Origin: an uncultured Chloroflexia bacterium
GTDB lineage: Bacteria > Chloroflexota > Limnocylindria > Limnocylindrales > CSP1-4
Assembly: GCA_963721765.1 (NCBI GenBank)
Contig: CAVRJP010000001.1
Location: forward strand, 78,878 to 142,877
Reading direction: 5' to 3'
Length of the DNA stretch: 64,000 nucleotides
Below are positions 54,398-63,794 of this stretch, in pieces. Below the pieces are notes generated by a model, which did not search any database, was not told the origin of the DNA, and saw nothing but the letters and a program-made list of their open reading frames with translations. Positions within the stretch are counted from its first letter, which is position 1; every line of letters starts with the position of its first letter. Both the position numbers and the translations under genes were made by a program.

Positions 54398-54440
54398 CGC
54401 CGCGCTGGCGGCGACCCAACCGCGGCGAGCTGCCGAACCC

Positions 54441-55604
54441 GTGAACCGGCGGCTCACGCGCGTGCGCGCTTGGCTCGTCCGGCTCGGCTTTTCCATCGGC
54501 CGACGACGCCCGCTCCGGTCGCGGGTCGTGATCGCGACCTCGCACGCCGACCGGATCGGCGGCAACCTGGCGTGGATCCGTGACGACCTCGCGGCCCGCC
54601 ACCCGTCGATCGCGGTGACCGTCCTCGCCAGCCGCCCGGAGGACTCGTTCCGAGGGCGAGCTCGGGCCGCGATCGAATCGATCCGGTCGGGGTTCCACCT
54701 GGCGACGGCTCGCCTCGTCGTGGTCGACGACTACTTCTTCCCGATCTACGCGATCCGCCCTCGACCGGGGACGATGCGGGTCCAGGTGTGGCACGCCTGC
54801 GGCGCGTACAAGCAGTTCGGGTACAGCGTCCTCGACCGGGGCTTCGGGGCGGACGAGGGTTTCGTCGGGGAGTTCCCGATCCACTCGAACTACGACCTGT
54901 GCCTCGTGTCGGCGGCCCGCTTCGCGCCGCACTACGCGGAGGCATTCCGCCAGCCACTGGATCGATTCACGGCGCGGATCGGCATCCCCCGCACGGACCT
55001 CTTCTTCGACACGACGCGGCGCGGCGCGGCAGAGGCGGCGATTCGGCGCCATTACCGCATCCCCACGGGTAAGCGCGTGATCTTGTACGCGCCGACGTTC
55101 CGGGGTGAGCGGATCACGAAGGCGCGGTCACCGGAGGACCTGGACGTCGAAGCCCTGCGTGCTGCGCTCGGCACGGACCACGTCCTCCTCCTGCGTGCCC
55201 ACCCGTTCGTTTCGGCGCGGGTTCGCGAGCGGGTGGTCCACGACGACGGCTTCGTGATCGACGTCTCCAACCACCCGGAGATCAACGAGCTGATGCTCGT
55301 GAGCGACGTCCTCGTGACCGACTACTCGAGCGCGATGTACGAGTTCGCGCTGCTGGAGCGCCCGATCGCCTTTCATGCGCCGGACCACGCCGCCTACGAG
55401 CGCGAGCGCGGCTTCTACCTCGACTTCCCGGCTGACCTTCCCGGGCCCGTCTTCGAGACGACGGCCGACCTCGCCGCGTACCTGCGCGAGGGCGCGTTCG
55501 ACCTCGAGCGGGTCCGGCGCTTCCGTGCCGACAGCTTCGACGTCGCGGACGGCAAGGCCACGCACCGGTTCGTCGACGAGGTCGTGCTCCCCGCCCTCGC
55601 CTGA
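54441..55604 (+). CDS. CDP-glycerol/CDP-ribitol phosphotransferase family protein (TagB/TagF-like)
   Basis: 387 aa. Reads VQVWHACGAYKQFG...KRVILYAPTFRGE...LLLRAHPFV...DVLVTDYSSAMYEFALLERPIAFHAPD. Confidence 0.85.
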   Translation: MNRRLTRVRAWLVRLGFSIGRRRPLRSRVVIATSHADRIGGNLAWIRDDLAARHPSIAVTVLASRPEDSFRGRARAAIESIRSGFHLATARLVVVDDYFFPIYAIRPRPGTMRVQVWHACGAYKQFGYSVLDRGFGADEGFVGEFPIHSNYDLCLVSAARFAPHYAEAFRQPLDRFTARIGIPRTDLFFDTTRRGAAEAAIRRHYRIPTGKRVILYAPTFRGERITKARSPEDLDVEALRAALGTDHVLLLRAHPFVSARVRERVVHDDGFVIDVSNHPEINELMLVSDVLVTDYSSAMYEFALLERPIAFHAPDHAAYERERGFYLDFPADLPGPVFETTADLAAYLREGAFDLERVRRFRADSFDVADGKATHRFVDEVVLPALA

Positions 55605-55619
55605 GCCCGGCGCTCCCGC

Positions 55620-56780
55620 TCAGCCGCCGCCTCTCGTGGCCCGTGCACCCCGCCCCCAGCCGATGGCTGCCTGGGCGAGGATCGCCGTGCGCAGCTCGCC
55701 GAGGAAGCGTGTTGCGTCGGTTCGGAGTCCCTCGTGCGCCTCGGGCGCGATCGGCGGGAGCTCGCGCTCGGCGTAGGCCGGCAGGTCCGGGTCGTCGAAC
55801 GAGGACTGCAGGTCCTCGCGCCCGAGCTCGCGCAGGAGGTTCTCGGTCTTCGTCGAGCGCTTGAGCGCGATCGGCGTCACGCCCTGCATCGCCGCTGCCA
55901 CCACGCCGTGGAACTTCATCGTGGCGAAGACCCGGCATTCACCAATGGCTCGGCTGATCGCGTCGAGGTCGTCCGTGGCGATCAGCTCGGTGTCGTCGAG
56001 CTCGAGCCGCGCGGTCGCCTCGAGGTCGGCCTCGCGGACGCCGCCCGTCGCGAGGACGATCCGCCGGATCCGGTAGCCGCCGCTCGCGGCGCGCTCGCAG
56101 AGCTCGCGGACACGAGACAGGTCGTCGACGCCGTCGAGGCGCTGGCGGACGTTGACGCCGAAGATCGGCTGCCCATCGGGCGGCGAGGCTGCCGGCAGGG
56201 TCGCCGCGCAGGCCAGGTCCGCGGTCCGCCGAACCGCAAGCGCAGGCGCGAGGTGGTGGGTCATCCATCCGGCGCTCTCGTCGTCGCGTGCCGCGACGAG
56301 CCGAACCGCCGGGTGCCGGAAGAACCGCCGGAGGCGCGTGACGCCCGCGTCCGTGGCGGGCTGCCAGAGCGGGACGCCGACGCCGGCCACGAAGACGGGC
56401 CGCTGCAGCAGCGCCTCGTTCCAGTAGCGCGACGCGCGCCACGGGATCACGAGATCGCCCGCCCCGACGAGCACCACATCCACGTCGCGGACGGCGTGCC
56501 GGAGCGATGCGCCACCCTCGCGCGCGCCGGGCCCGATGAGGTTCCGGAGCTCCATGGCGCCGCCAAGCTGCTCCTCGAAGGCCCGCCAGAACAGCTCGTC
56601 GCCGTAGTTGCCCCAGCCGTAGAAGCCGACCACCCCGACGATCGGGCGATCGGTCGGTGCCCGCCCTCGATCGGGCAGGTAGCCGGCCGGATCGGTCGCC
56701 ACGCGAGCCGCGCCGGCGATCAGCCGGCGGATCGGGCGAGCCACTCGGTCGAGCACGGCGGCAATCGTCCCATAGGCCAT
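55620..56780 (-). CDS. Polysaccharide pyruvyl transferase family protein (CsaB/WcaK-like)
   Basis: 386 aa. Reads IVGVVGFYGWGNYGDELFW......DVVLVGAGDL......MKFHGVVAA. Confidence 0.75.
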   Translation of the reverse strand: MAYGTIAAVLDRVARPIRRLIAGAARVATDPAGYLPDRGRAPTDRPIVGVVGFYGWGNYGDELFWRAFEEQLGGAMELRNLIGPGAREGGASLRHAVRDVDVVLVGAGDLVIPWRASRYWNEALLQRPVFVAGVGVPLWQPATDAGVTRLRRFFRHPAVRLVAARDDESAGWMTHHLAPALAVRRTADLACAATLPAASPPDGQPIFGVNVRQRLDGVDDLSRVRELCERAASGGYRIRRIVLATGGVREADLEATARLELDDTELIATDDLDAISRAIGECRVFATMKFHGVVAAAMQGVTPIALKRSTKTENLLRELGREDLQSSFDDPDLPAYAERELPPIAPEAHEGLRTDATRFLGELRTAILAQAAIGWGRGARATRGGG

Positions 56781-56832
56781 CCGCCGCGGTCATCGGGGCC
56801 CGAGTCGTTGCGGGGCGAGTCGCCGCGGGTCT

Positions 56833-58608
56833 TTGCTACGCTCCGCGCCTGATCCCCATGCCCGCCCACCCGAAGTGATCGCTCGGCGGCTGCGCGGCTT
56901 CGGCGCTCGCCTCCTCCGAAGCCTGGCCCACCGGCTCCCACCTCCCCGCGACGAGGCCCTCCTCGGCTTCGGGCGCGCGGTCTTCGTGCTCATCACCGGC
57001 CGGGCGCCGACGCACGGGGTGACGGCGTACCGGGAGCCGAAGATCGATGGCGCCGCGTTCGGGCGCGCCGAGCGGGCACTCGAGGCCGGCGCCGCCGCCG
57101 AGGCCCTCGCCGGGGTCGACCGCCTGTACCACGATGAGCCGCGCAGCCTGCGCGTGCTGCGCCTCCGGCGGGCGATCCTCGCCCAGATGGGCGACATGGA
57201 CGGCCAGGCCGCGATGCTCCACCAGATCCACGTCCTCGATCCCACGCCCGAGAACCGCGCCGCGGAGCACCGGTTCCTGGGGCGGGTGACCGAGCTGTCG
57301 CCAGGCTGGCGGCCGCGGATCCCGGGCCCGCCGCGGCCCGTGGATCCCCCGGATCCTGCCGCCGTCCTCGTGCTCAACAAGGAATCGAGCCCGTTCCTGA
57401 CGACCGGGTTCACGATGCGCAGCCGGTACAACCTCCGCGCCGTCCGCGATGCCGGGTACCGGCCGCACGTCGTGACCGCGCTCGGCTTCCCGCGCCTGCT
57501 CGGCGTCTCGGACTTCCCGGCGCTGGAGCTCGTGGACGAGGTGCCGCACCACCGGCTCGACCTCGGGCCGGCGTACCCGCTCGACAGCCCCGTCGACCGG
57601 ATCCTCGAGGACCAGGCGTGGCTCACGGCGCGCGTGGCACGCGGGGTCCGGCCCGCGATCATCCATGCCTCGTCGGGGCATCGTGGCTACGAGCACGCCC
57701 TGGTCGGGCTCGCGCTGCGCGAGCACCTCGACCGGCCCATGGTCTACGAGGTGCGTTCGTTCTTCGAGTCGGTTTGGTCGGGCAGCGCCGAGTGGGGCGA
57801 GACGGGGCAGCATTATCAGCGGCGCTTCGAGGCCGAGACGGGCGCGATGCGCGCGGCCGACCACGTGATCACCATCGGCGAGGCCATGCGCGACGAGATC
57901 GTCGAGCGCGGGGTCGACCCGGCGAGGGTGACGATCGTGCCCAACGGCGTGGACGCCGACGCGTTCACGCCCCGCGCCGCTGATCCGGCGCTCGCCCGCC
58001 GGTACGGCCTCGCCGGCTCGTTCACGTTCGGCTACGTCAGCAACCTCGATCACCCCCGTGAGAACCAGGAGCTGCTCATCGACGCCGTGCGCGAGCTCCG
58101 AGGCCGGGGCCGGCAGGTGCGCTGCCTGATCGTCGGCGACGGCAAGCGGCGCGAGGAGCTGGAGCGCCACGCGCGCGCGGTCGGCGTCGCCGGAGACGTG
58201 GTCTTCACCGGTCGTGTCGCGCACGACGAGGTTGCGGACCACTACGCCCTCCTCGACGCGTTCGTCGTGCCCCGCGCCGACGAGCGCGCGGCGCGCATGG
58301 TCACGCCGCTCAAGCCCTTCGAGGCGATGGCGATGGCCCGGCCGATGATCGTCGCCGACCTCCCGGCGCTGGTCGAGATCGTCGCGCCGGAATCGCGCGG
58401 CCTTCGGTTCCGCACCGGGGACGCGGCGGACCTGGCGACGGCCGTCGAGCGACTGATCGACGATCCCGCCCTGGCCGGGCGGCTCGGCGCGGCAGGACGC
58501 GAGTGGGTGGTCCGCGAGCGAACGTGGGCCGCGAACGCCCCGCGCTTCCGCGACGTCTATGGCGAGGTGCTCGAGCGCTGGGGCGCCGCGCGCACGCTGG
58601 CGGCCTGA
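56833..58608 (+). CDS. GT4-family glycosyltransferase with N-terminal helical (TPR-like) extension
   Basis: Track ORF (591 aa). C-terminal part: FGYVSNL...ENQELLIDAV..L...G..VRCLIVGDG.RR.ELE......GV...V.FTGRV.H.EV..HYALLDAFVVPR......TPLKPFEAMAMARPMIVADLPAL.EIV. Start is uncertain (TTG 56833 or GTG 56875). Confidence 0.8.
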   Translation: MLRSAPDPHARPPEVIARRLRGFGARLLRSLAHRLPPPRDEALLGFGRAVFVLITGRAPTHGVTAYREPKIDGAAFGRAERALEAGAAAEALAGVDRLYHDEPRSLRVLRLRRAILAQMGDMDGQAAMLHQIHVLDPTPENRAAEHRFLGRVTELSPGWRPRIPGPPRPVDPPDPAAVLVLNKESSPFLTTGFTMRSRYNLRAVRDAGYRPHVVTALGFPRLLGVSDFPALELVDEVPHHRLDLGPAYPLDSPVDRILEDQAWLTARVARGVRPAIIHASSGHRGYEHALVGLALREHLDRPMVYEVRSFFESVWSGSAEWGETGQHYQRRFEAETGAMRAADHVITIGEAMRDEIVERGVDPARVTIVPNGVDADAFTPRAADPALARRYGLAGSFTFGYVSNLDHPRENQELLIDAVRELRGRGRQVRCLIVGDGKRREELERHARAVGVAGDVVFTGRVAHDEVADHYALLDAFVVPRADERAARMVTPLKPFEAMAMARPMIVADLPALVEIVAPESRGLRFRTGDAADLATAVERLIDDPALAGRLGAAGREWVVRERTWAANAPRFRDVYGEVLERWGAARTLAA

Positions 58609-59786
58609 TGGAGCGGCGGATCGCTGCCGGCCAGCCGGGCCCGGGCGCCCTGACACTCGAGTCGACGGCCGCGTTGCGTGCCCTCGCCGGGGGTGCCGAA
58701 GAGCCGCTGCTTCTCGGGGTCTACCCGACGTTCCGCACGAACCCCTACCAGTCGCTGCTCTACCAGCGGGCTCGCGAGCACGGCATCGCGCCGGTCCTTG
58801 TCCGCCAGCCGGCCCAGCTCCGGGAGCTCGTCGACCTCCAGCGCAGCGGCCTGCCGACCATCCTCCATCTCCACTGGCTCCACCCGATCCTCCGTGATGC
58901 CGGGTCGCCCAAAGCGGCCGCGAAGCTGGTCGACGAGTTCGTGGGCGTGCTCGACTCGCACGCAGCCGCCGGTGGACGCCTCGCCTGGACGGTCCACAAC
59001 GTCCTCTCGCACGAGGTTCGCCACGAGGCCGAGGAAGTCCGGCTCTGTGCCGAGGTCGCCGCCCGGAGCCACGTGGTGCACGTCATGTCAGAGCGGACGC
59101 CGGAGGCGGTGGCCGGACGCTACGAGCTGCCCCGTGATCGACTGCTCGTCGTTCCCCACATGAGCTACGAAGGCGCCTACGAGGACCACGTCTCGCGGCT
59201 CGACGCCCGCCACGAGCTCGGCCTGCTGCCCGACGACGTGGTCTACCTGGCGCTCGGCTACATCCGCCCATACAAGGGCCTCGAGACGCTTCTCGACGCC
59301 TGGCAGTCCCTGGCCCTGGGGGCGGTCCGCGGCGCCCCGGGGCGGCGTCGCCTGGTCATCGCCGGCGAGCCGGCGGACGATGCCGAGACGGCGGGGTTCG
59401 TCGAGCGGGCGGCGCTCGACCCGTCCGTCCTCATCGACGCCCGCCCGATCCCGAGCCCGGAGATCCAGGTCTTCATGCGTGCCGCGGACGTCGCCGTGCT
59501 GCCCTACCGGCGCTCGCTCAACAGCGGCGCCCTGCTGCTCGCCCTGACGTTCGGGCTGCCGGCGATCGTGCCGGCGGGCTCCAGCCTCGCCGACCTGGTC
59601 GAACCGACATTCGCGCGGACGTACGATCCCGACGCACCGATGGGCCTCGCGGACGCGATCGGCGCGGCCGCGGAGCTCGTCACGCCGGAGGCGCGCGACG
59701 CCGCCGAGGCTGCGGCGGCGTCCGTTCATCCCGCCGAGATCTCCCGCCGGTTCGCGGTGGGGCTCCGCGAGCTGCTCGGGACCTGA
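58608..59786 (+). CDS. GT-B glycosyltransferase (GT4-like)
   Basis: ATG at 58608 overlaps the preceding TGA (TGATG), in frame with track ORF 58503..59786. Reads LAWTVHNVLSHE...VVHVMSE...LALGYIRPYKG...RLVIAGEP...ADVAVLPYRRSLNSGALLLALTFGLPAIVP. Confidence 0.7.
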   Translation: MERRIAAGQPGPGALTLESTAALRALAGGAEEPLLLGVYPTFRTNPYQSLLYQRAREHGIAPVLVRQPAQLRELVDLQRSGLPTILHLHWLHPILRDAGSPKAAAKLVDEFVGVLDSHAAAGGRLAWTVHNVLSHEVRHEAEEVRLCAEVAARSHVVHVMSERTPEAVAGRYELPRDRLLVVPHMSYEGAYEDHVSRLDARHELGLLPDDVVYLALGYIRPYKGLETLLDAWQSLALGAVRGAPGRRRLVIAGEPADDAETAGFVERAALDPSVLIDARPIPSPEIQVFMRAADVAVLPYRRSLNSGALLLALTFGLPAIVPAGSSLADLVEPTFARTYDPDAPMGLADAIGAAAELVTPEARDAAEAAAASVHPAEISRRFAVGLRELLGT

Positions 59787-60884
59787 TCAGGCGCCGCGCG
59801 CCGCCAGCCAGTCGGCCACGATCTGCGCGATCCGCTCGCCGGCGTGCCCGTCCCACAGCGGCGGTGCAGCTGGGGTCTCCGGCCGTGGCCGATCGAGGAC
59901 GTCGCGAACCGAGGCCGCGACACCGTCCGGCTCGACCAGGCGGTTCGTGCCGTGGCTGATCGTGATCGGGCGCTCGGTATTCGGGCGGACGGTGAGACAC
60001 GGGACGCCGAGGATCGTCGTCTCCTCCTGGATCCCGCCGGAGTCGGTGACCACGACGCGTGCCCCGCGCACGAGCGAGACGAACTCGACGTACCCGATCG
60101 GCTCGATCACCCGCAGCCCGGCCACCCCGAGCAGCCCCGCCGACTCGAGCGCGGCCCGGCCACGCGGGTGGAGCGGCAGCACCACGGGCAGCTGTGCGGC
60201 GACGTCCCGGAGCATGGCCACCAGCGCCTGGGCCGCCACCGGCGTGTCGACGTTCGCCGGCCGGTGGAGGGTGGCCACCCCGTAGTCGCCCGCCAGGCCG
60301 TGCTTCGCAGCCGCGGCGGCCGAATCGAACCGCGCCAGGTTTGCCAGGAGCGTGTCGATCATCGGATTGCCGACGAAGAAGATCCGGTGCTCGGGGATCC
60401 CCTCCGCGGCGAGGTGGTCGACCGCCTCGGGGCTCGTGACGAACAGGAGGTCGGCGAGCGCGTCGGTGACGATCCGGTTGATCTCCTCGGGCATGGTCCG
60501 ATCGAAGCTGCGGAGGCCCGCCTCGACGTGCGCCAGCCGCAGGCCGAGCTTGCTCGCCACGAGCGCGGCCGCGAGCGTGGAGTTGACGTCGCCATAGACG
60601 ATCGTGAGGGCCGGTCGGAGCTCGTCGAGGACGCCCTCCAGCGCGACGAGCAGGGCGGCGGTCTGCCCCGCCTGCGTGCCCGAGCCCACGCCGAGGTGCC
60701 GGCTTGGCTCCGGCAGCCCGAGCTCGGTGAAGAAGACCTCGGACAGCGCCCGGTCGTAGTGCTGGCCCGTATGGATGACCTGCTGGTCGATCCCACGCTC
60801 GGCGAGGGCCCGGATCACCGGGCCGGCCTTCATGAAGTTGGGCCGCGCGCCGACGACGTGAATGAGCGGTCCCTCGTTCGGCAC
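59787..60884 (-). CDS. wecB: UDP-N-acetylglucosamine 2-epimerase, non-hydrolysing (WecB/MnaA)
   Basis: GTG at 60884 (GAGG 12 nt upstream) within track ORF 59787..61049. Reads IHVVGARPNFMKAGPV..AL......Q.VIHTGQHYD...S.VFF.ELGLP.P...LGVGSG....QTA.......VYGDVNSTLA.AL.A.K......HVEAGLRSFD..MPEEINR..TD......TDSGGIQEE...LG.PCLT.R..TERP. Confidence 0.9.
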   Translation of the reverse strand: MPNEGPLIHVVGARPNFMKAGPVIRALAERGIDQQVIHTGQHYDRALSEVFFTELGLPEPSRHLGVGSGTQAGQTAALLVALEGVLDELRPALTIVYGDVNSTLAAALVASKLGLRLAHVEAGLRSFDRTMPEEINRIVTDALADLLFVTSPEAVDHLAAEGIPEHRIFFVGNPMIDTLLANLARFDSAAAAAKHGLAGDYGVATLHRPANVDTPVAAQALVAMLRDVAAQLPVVLPLHPRGRAALESAGLLGVAGLRVIEPIGYVEFVSLVRGARVVVTDSGGIQEETTILGVPCLTVRPNTERPITISHGTNRLVEPDGVAASVRDVLDRPRPETPAAPPLWDGHAGERIAQIVADWLAARGA

Positions 60885-60897
60885 GCCCCGCCCGACC

Positions 60898-62247
60898 TCA
60901 GCCGCCCGTCGCGACGGCTGCGGGCTCGTTCGAGCGAACGCCCGCCTCGGCCGGGGCCCAGCCGGCGCCGAGGCGCAGCACCTGGTGCTCCCGCGCCGGC
61001 ATGCCCCGCGAGCTGTTGACGGTATCGACGACGAGGCCGCCGGAGGCATAGACCGAGCGCAGGTCGATCGCGCGATGCGCGGTCACCACGACGAGGAGGT
61101 CGCTGCCGGTGACCAGCTCGGCGAGGGGCGTCGACGAGAGCTCGGTCCCGTCAGGCGCCCGGAACGTCGGAACGTGGGGATCGTGGTAGCGCACCTCGGC
61201 GCCACGCGCTCGAAGCCCCGCCAGCACGCCCGCCGCCGGCGAGTTGCGAGGATCACGGACGTTGGGCTTGAAGGCGACGCCGATGATCCCGACGCGCGCC
61301 CCGCGCAACGCGCGCCCGTGCTCGTTGAGTGCCTCGGCAGCGAGCTCGACGACGTGCCTGGGCATGCCCAGGTTGATGTCGCCTGCCAGCTCCACGAACC
61401 GGTCCACGAAGTCGAACTGGCGCGCGCGCCAGGACAGGTAGTACGGGTCGACCGGGATGCAGTGGCCGCCGACGCCCGGCCCGGGCTGAAAACGCATGAA
61501 CCCGAACGGCTTCGTCGATGCGGCGTCGATGACCTCCCAGACGTCGAGGCCCATCCGCTCGCACAGGAGCGCCAGCTGGTTGACGAGCGCGATGTTGACG
61601 TTGCGGAAGACGTTCTCGAGCAGCTTCGCGAGCTCGGCGGTCTCCGGGGACGACAGCTCGATCACTCGATCGCTGAGCGGGCGGAGGACCGCGGCCGCGC
61701 GCGCCGTCGCGGCGGGCGTCGTGGCGCCGACGAGTCGCGGCGTGTCCCGGGATGCGCTTGCCGGATCGCCCGGGCTCACACGCTCCGGCGCAAAGGCCAG
61801 GTCGAAGTCGACGCCGGCGGTGAGTCCGCCCTGCTCGAGCGCCTCGCGGAATGGCCCGGTCGTGGTGCCGGGATAGGTCGTCGACTGGAGGACGACGAGC
61901 TGCCCGCGCCGGAGCTGGGCGCGGATCGTTGCCGCGGCGGCGAGCAGCGGGCGCAGATCCGGATCCTTGGCGTCGGAGAGGGGGGTCGGGACGCAGACGA
62001 AGATCACGTCCGCTTCGGCGAGCCCGGCGTCGCCCGGGGCGACGACGTCGAACGAGCCCGCCTCGAGGGCAGCCCGGATCCGGGCATCCTCGACGTCGTC
62101 GATCGGCGATCGGCCGGCGAGGATCTCGGCGACGCGACTCGGGCTGGCGTCCACGCCGGTGACCGTGCGGCCGGCCTCGGCAAACGACAGGGCGAGCGGC
62201 AGCCCGACATAGCCGAGCCCGATGACGGCGATCCGGGTGTCGTTCAT
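60898..62247 (-). CDS. Nucleotide-sugar dehydrogenase, UDP-ManNAc dehydrogenase-like (WecC/Cap5O-like)
   Basis: 449 aa. Reads RIAVIGLGYVGLPLALSFAEAG..V.G.D......CVPTPL.....PDL......STTYPGTT...FAPERV.PG....GGHCIP.DP..L. It lies directly upstream of wecB in the same orientation. Confidence 0.8.
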   Translation of the reverse strand: MNDTRIAVIGLGYVGLPLALSFAEAGRTVTGVDASPSRVAEILAGRSPIDDVEDARIRAALEAGSFDVVAPGDAGLAEADVIFVCVPTPLSDAKDPDLRPLLAAAATIRAQLRRGQLVVLQSTTYPGTTTGPFREALEQGGLTAGVDFDLAFAPERVSPGDPASASRDTPRLVGATTPAATARAAAVLRPLSDRVIELSSPETAELAKLLENVFRNVNIALVNQLALLCERMGLDVWEVIDAASTKPFGFMRFQPGPGVGGHCIPVDPYYLSWRARQFDFVDRFVELAGDINLGMPRHVVELAAEALNEHGRALRGARVGIIGVAFKPNVRDPRNSPAAGVLAGLRARGAEVRYHDPHVPTFRAPDGTELSSTPLAELVTGSDLLVVVTAHRAIDLRSVYASGGLVVDTVNSSRGMPAREHQVLRLGAGWAPAEAGVRSNEPAAVATGG

Positions 62248-62404
62248 GGGCGCGCGGTCTCCCTCGCCTGGCGCGTGACGCCGGGGCCTGCCTCGCGTCG
62301 CGCCGCGGTCGGGAGTCTAGCCCAGCGGCCGCACCCGACCGGCACCCACTGGACATGGCAGCATGGCGCCCGGCCCTGTCGATCGGGGCACGATCGGAGG
62401 CGTG

Positions 62405-63706
62405 ATGGAGCTGTTCCTCGTCGGTGCGGGGCACGTGGGCCTGGTGACCGCCGTGGGCATGGCGCGACTCGGCCACCACGTGACCGTCGCGGACATCGCG
62501 GCCGAGCGCATCGCTGGCCTCCGCGACGGGAAGGCGCCGATCTTCGAGCCCGGCCTGGAGGATGGGCTGCAGGAGCTTGGGGATCGCATCGCGTTCACGA
62601 CCGACCTGCGGCCGCCCGACGGCGCCCGGCACAGCTTCGTCGCCGTGGGCACGCCGCTGGGGCCCGATGGCCCGCTAGCGCTCCAGCACGTCGAGGATGC
62701 CGTTCGGAACTTGCTCGCTGCCACGGGACCGGAGCACACGATCGTCGTCCGCTCGACGCTGCCGATGGCCGGTCCAGCCGCCCTCATCCAGCTTCGCGGC
62801 GGAGCGCCTGGGAGCGCGGCGATCGTCACGAATCCCGAGTTCATGCGCGAAGGCTCCGCGCTGGCCGACTTCGAGCGGCCAGGCAGGATCGTCGCCGGCT
62901 GGCTCGAGCCACGCGACGAGGCGGCAGCGCGCTGGGTCCTGGACCTGTATGCCGGCATCGATGCCCCGACGCTCGTTGCCGACGCCCGATCCGTGGCGCT
63001 GATCAAGCTCGCCTCGAACGTGTTCCTGGGCATGAAGATCGCCTATGCCAACGAGCTCGCTCGGCTGGGCGACGCGTTCGGTGCGGACGCGGCGGTGGTG
63101 GCCGATGGCCTCGGCATGGACGAGCGGATCGGGCGCGCGTTCCTGACCGCGGGCCCGGGCTTCGGAGGATCGTGCCTGCCCGAGCAGGCGGTCGCGCTCG
63201 CCTCGATCGCTCGCGGCGTCGACGTCCCGGCGCCCCTGATCGACGCCGTCGCGTTCTCCAACGAGACCCACCAGCGGGCCGTCGCCGAGCGCGTCATCGC
63301 GCTCCTCCCGAAGCCGGACGGATCCGCCGCGCCGGCGGAGCCGCGCGTCGCCCTGCTCGGCCTCGCGTTCAAGGCCAACACGGATGACGTACGCCTGTCG
63401 CCCGCGCTCGCGATCGCCCGGTCACTGCGCGCCGCGGGTGTGACGGTCGTGGGGACGGATCCGCGGGCCGGCCCCGCGGCTTCGCGGGCGGACCCGGACC
63501 TCGTCGTCGTCGAATCGCCGCGCGCCGCCGCGGTCGGGGCGGACGCGATCGTCATCACCACCGAGTGGGCCGACTATCGGACACTCGATTGGAAGTCCAT
63601 CGCCGGCGAGATGCGGGGCGACCTCGTGTACGACACGCGCGGCGTCGCGGACGGGCGGGCCGTCGGCGCGGCGGGCCTCAGGCTGGCGCGGCTCGGTCGA
63701 GCCTGA
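62405..63706 (+). CDS. UDP-glucose 6-dehydrogenase-like nucleotide-sugar dehydrogenase
   Basis: ATG at 62405 within track ORF 62363..63706. Reads LFLVGAGHVGLVTAVGMARLGH.V...D......VAVGTP......STLP.......NPEFMREG.A..DF..P.RIV.G.....K..SN.FL..KIAYANE......GPGFGGSCLP......GLAFKANTDD.R.SPA. Confidence 0.8.
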   Translation: MELFLVGAGHVGLVTAVGMARLGHHVTVADIAAERIAGLRDGKAPIFEPGLEDGLQELGDRIAFTTDLRPPDGARHSFVAVGTPLGPDGPLALQHVEDAVRNLLAATGPEHTIVVRSTLPMAGPAALIQLRGGAPGSAAIVTNPEFMREGSALADFERPGRIVAGWLEPRDEAAARWVLDLYAGIDAPTLVADARSVALIKLASNVFLGMKIAYANELARLGDAFGADAAVVADGLGMDERIGRAFLTAGPGFGGSCLPEQAVALASIARGVDVPAPLIDAVAFSNETHQRAVAERVIALLPKPDGSAAPAEPRVALLGLAFKANTDDVRLSPALAIARSLRAAGVTVVGTDPRAGPAASRADPDLVVVESPRAAAVGADAIVITTEWADYRTLDWKSIAGEMRGDLVYDTRGVADGRAVGAAGLRLARLGRA

Positions 63707-63794
63707 ACGAGGGGCCTGTGCGGTACCATTCGGCCCCGCCAACGCGCCTGGCCCTGATCAGCGCGCCCCCACTCGAACAGGACACGCCACCCGC

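Noticed and set aside
53261-54565. Upstream part of the 1064-aa ORF 51371..54565
   Set aside because: It is antisense to the GSCFA gene and has no motifs. The recognisable protein begins at the ATG at 53260, leaving a normal 105-bp divergent promoter region.
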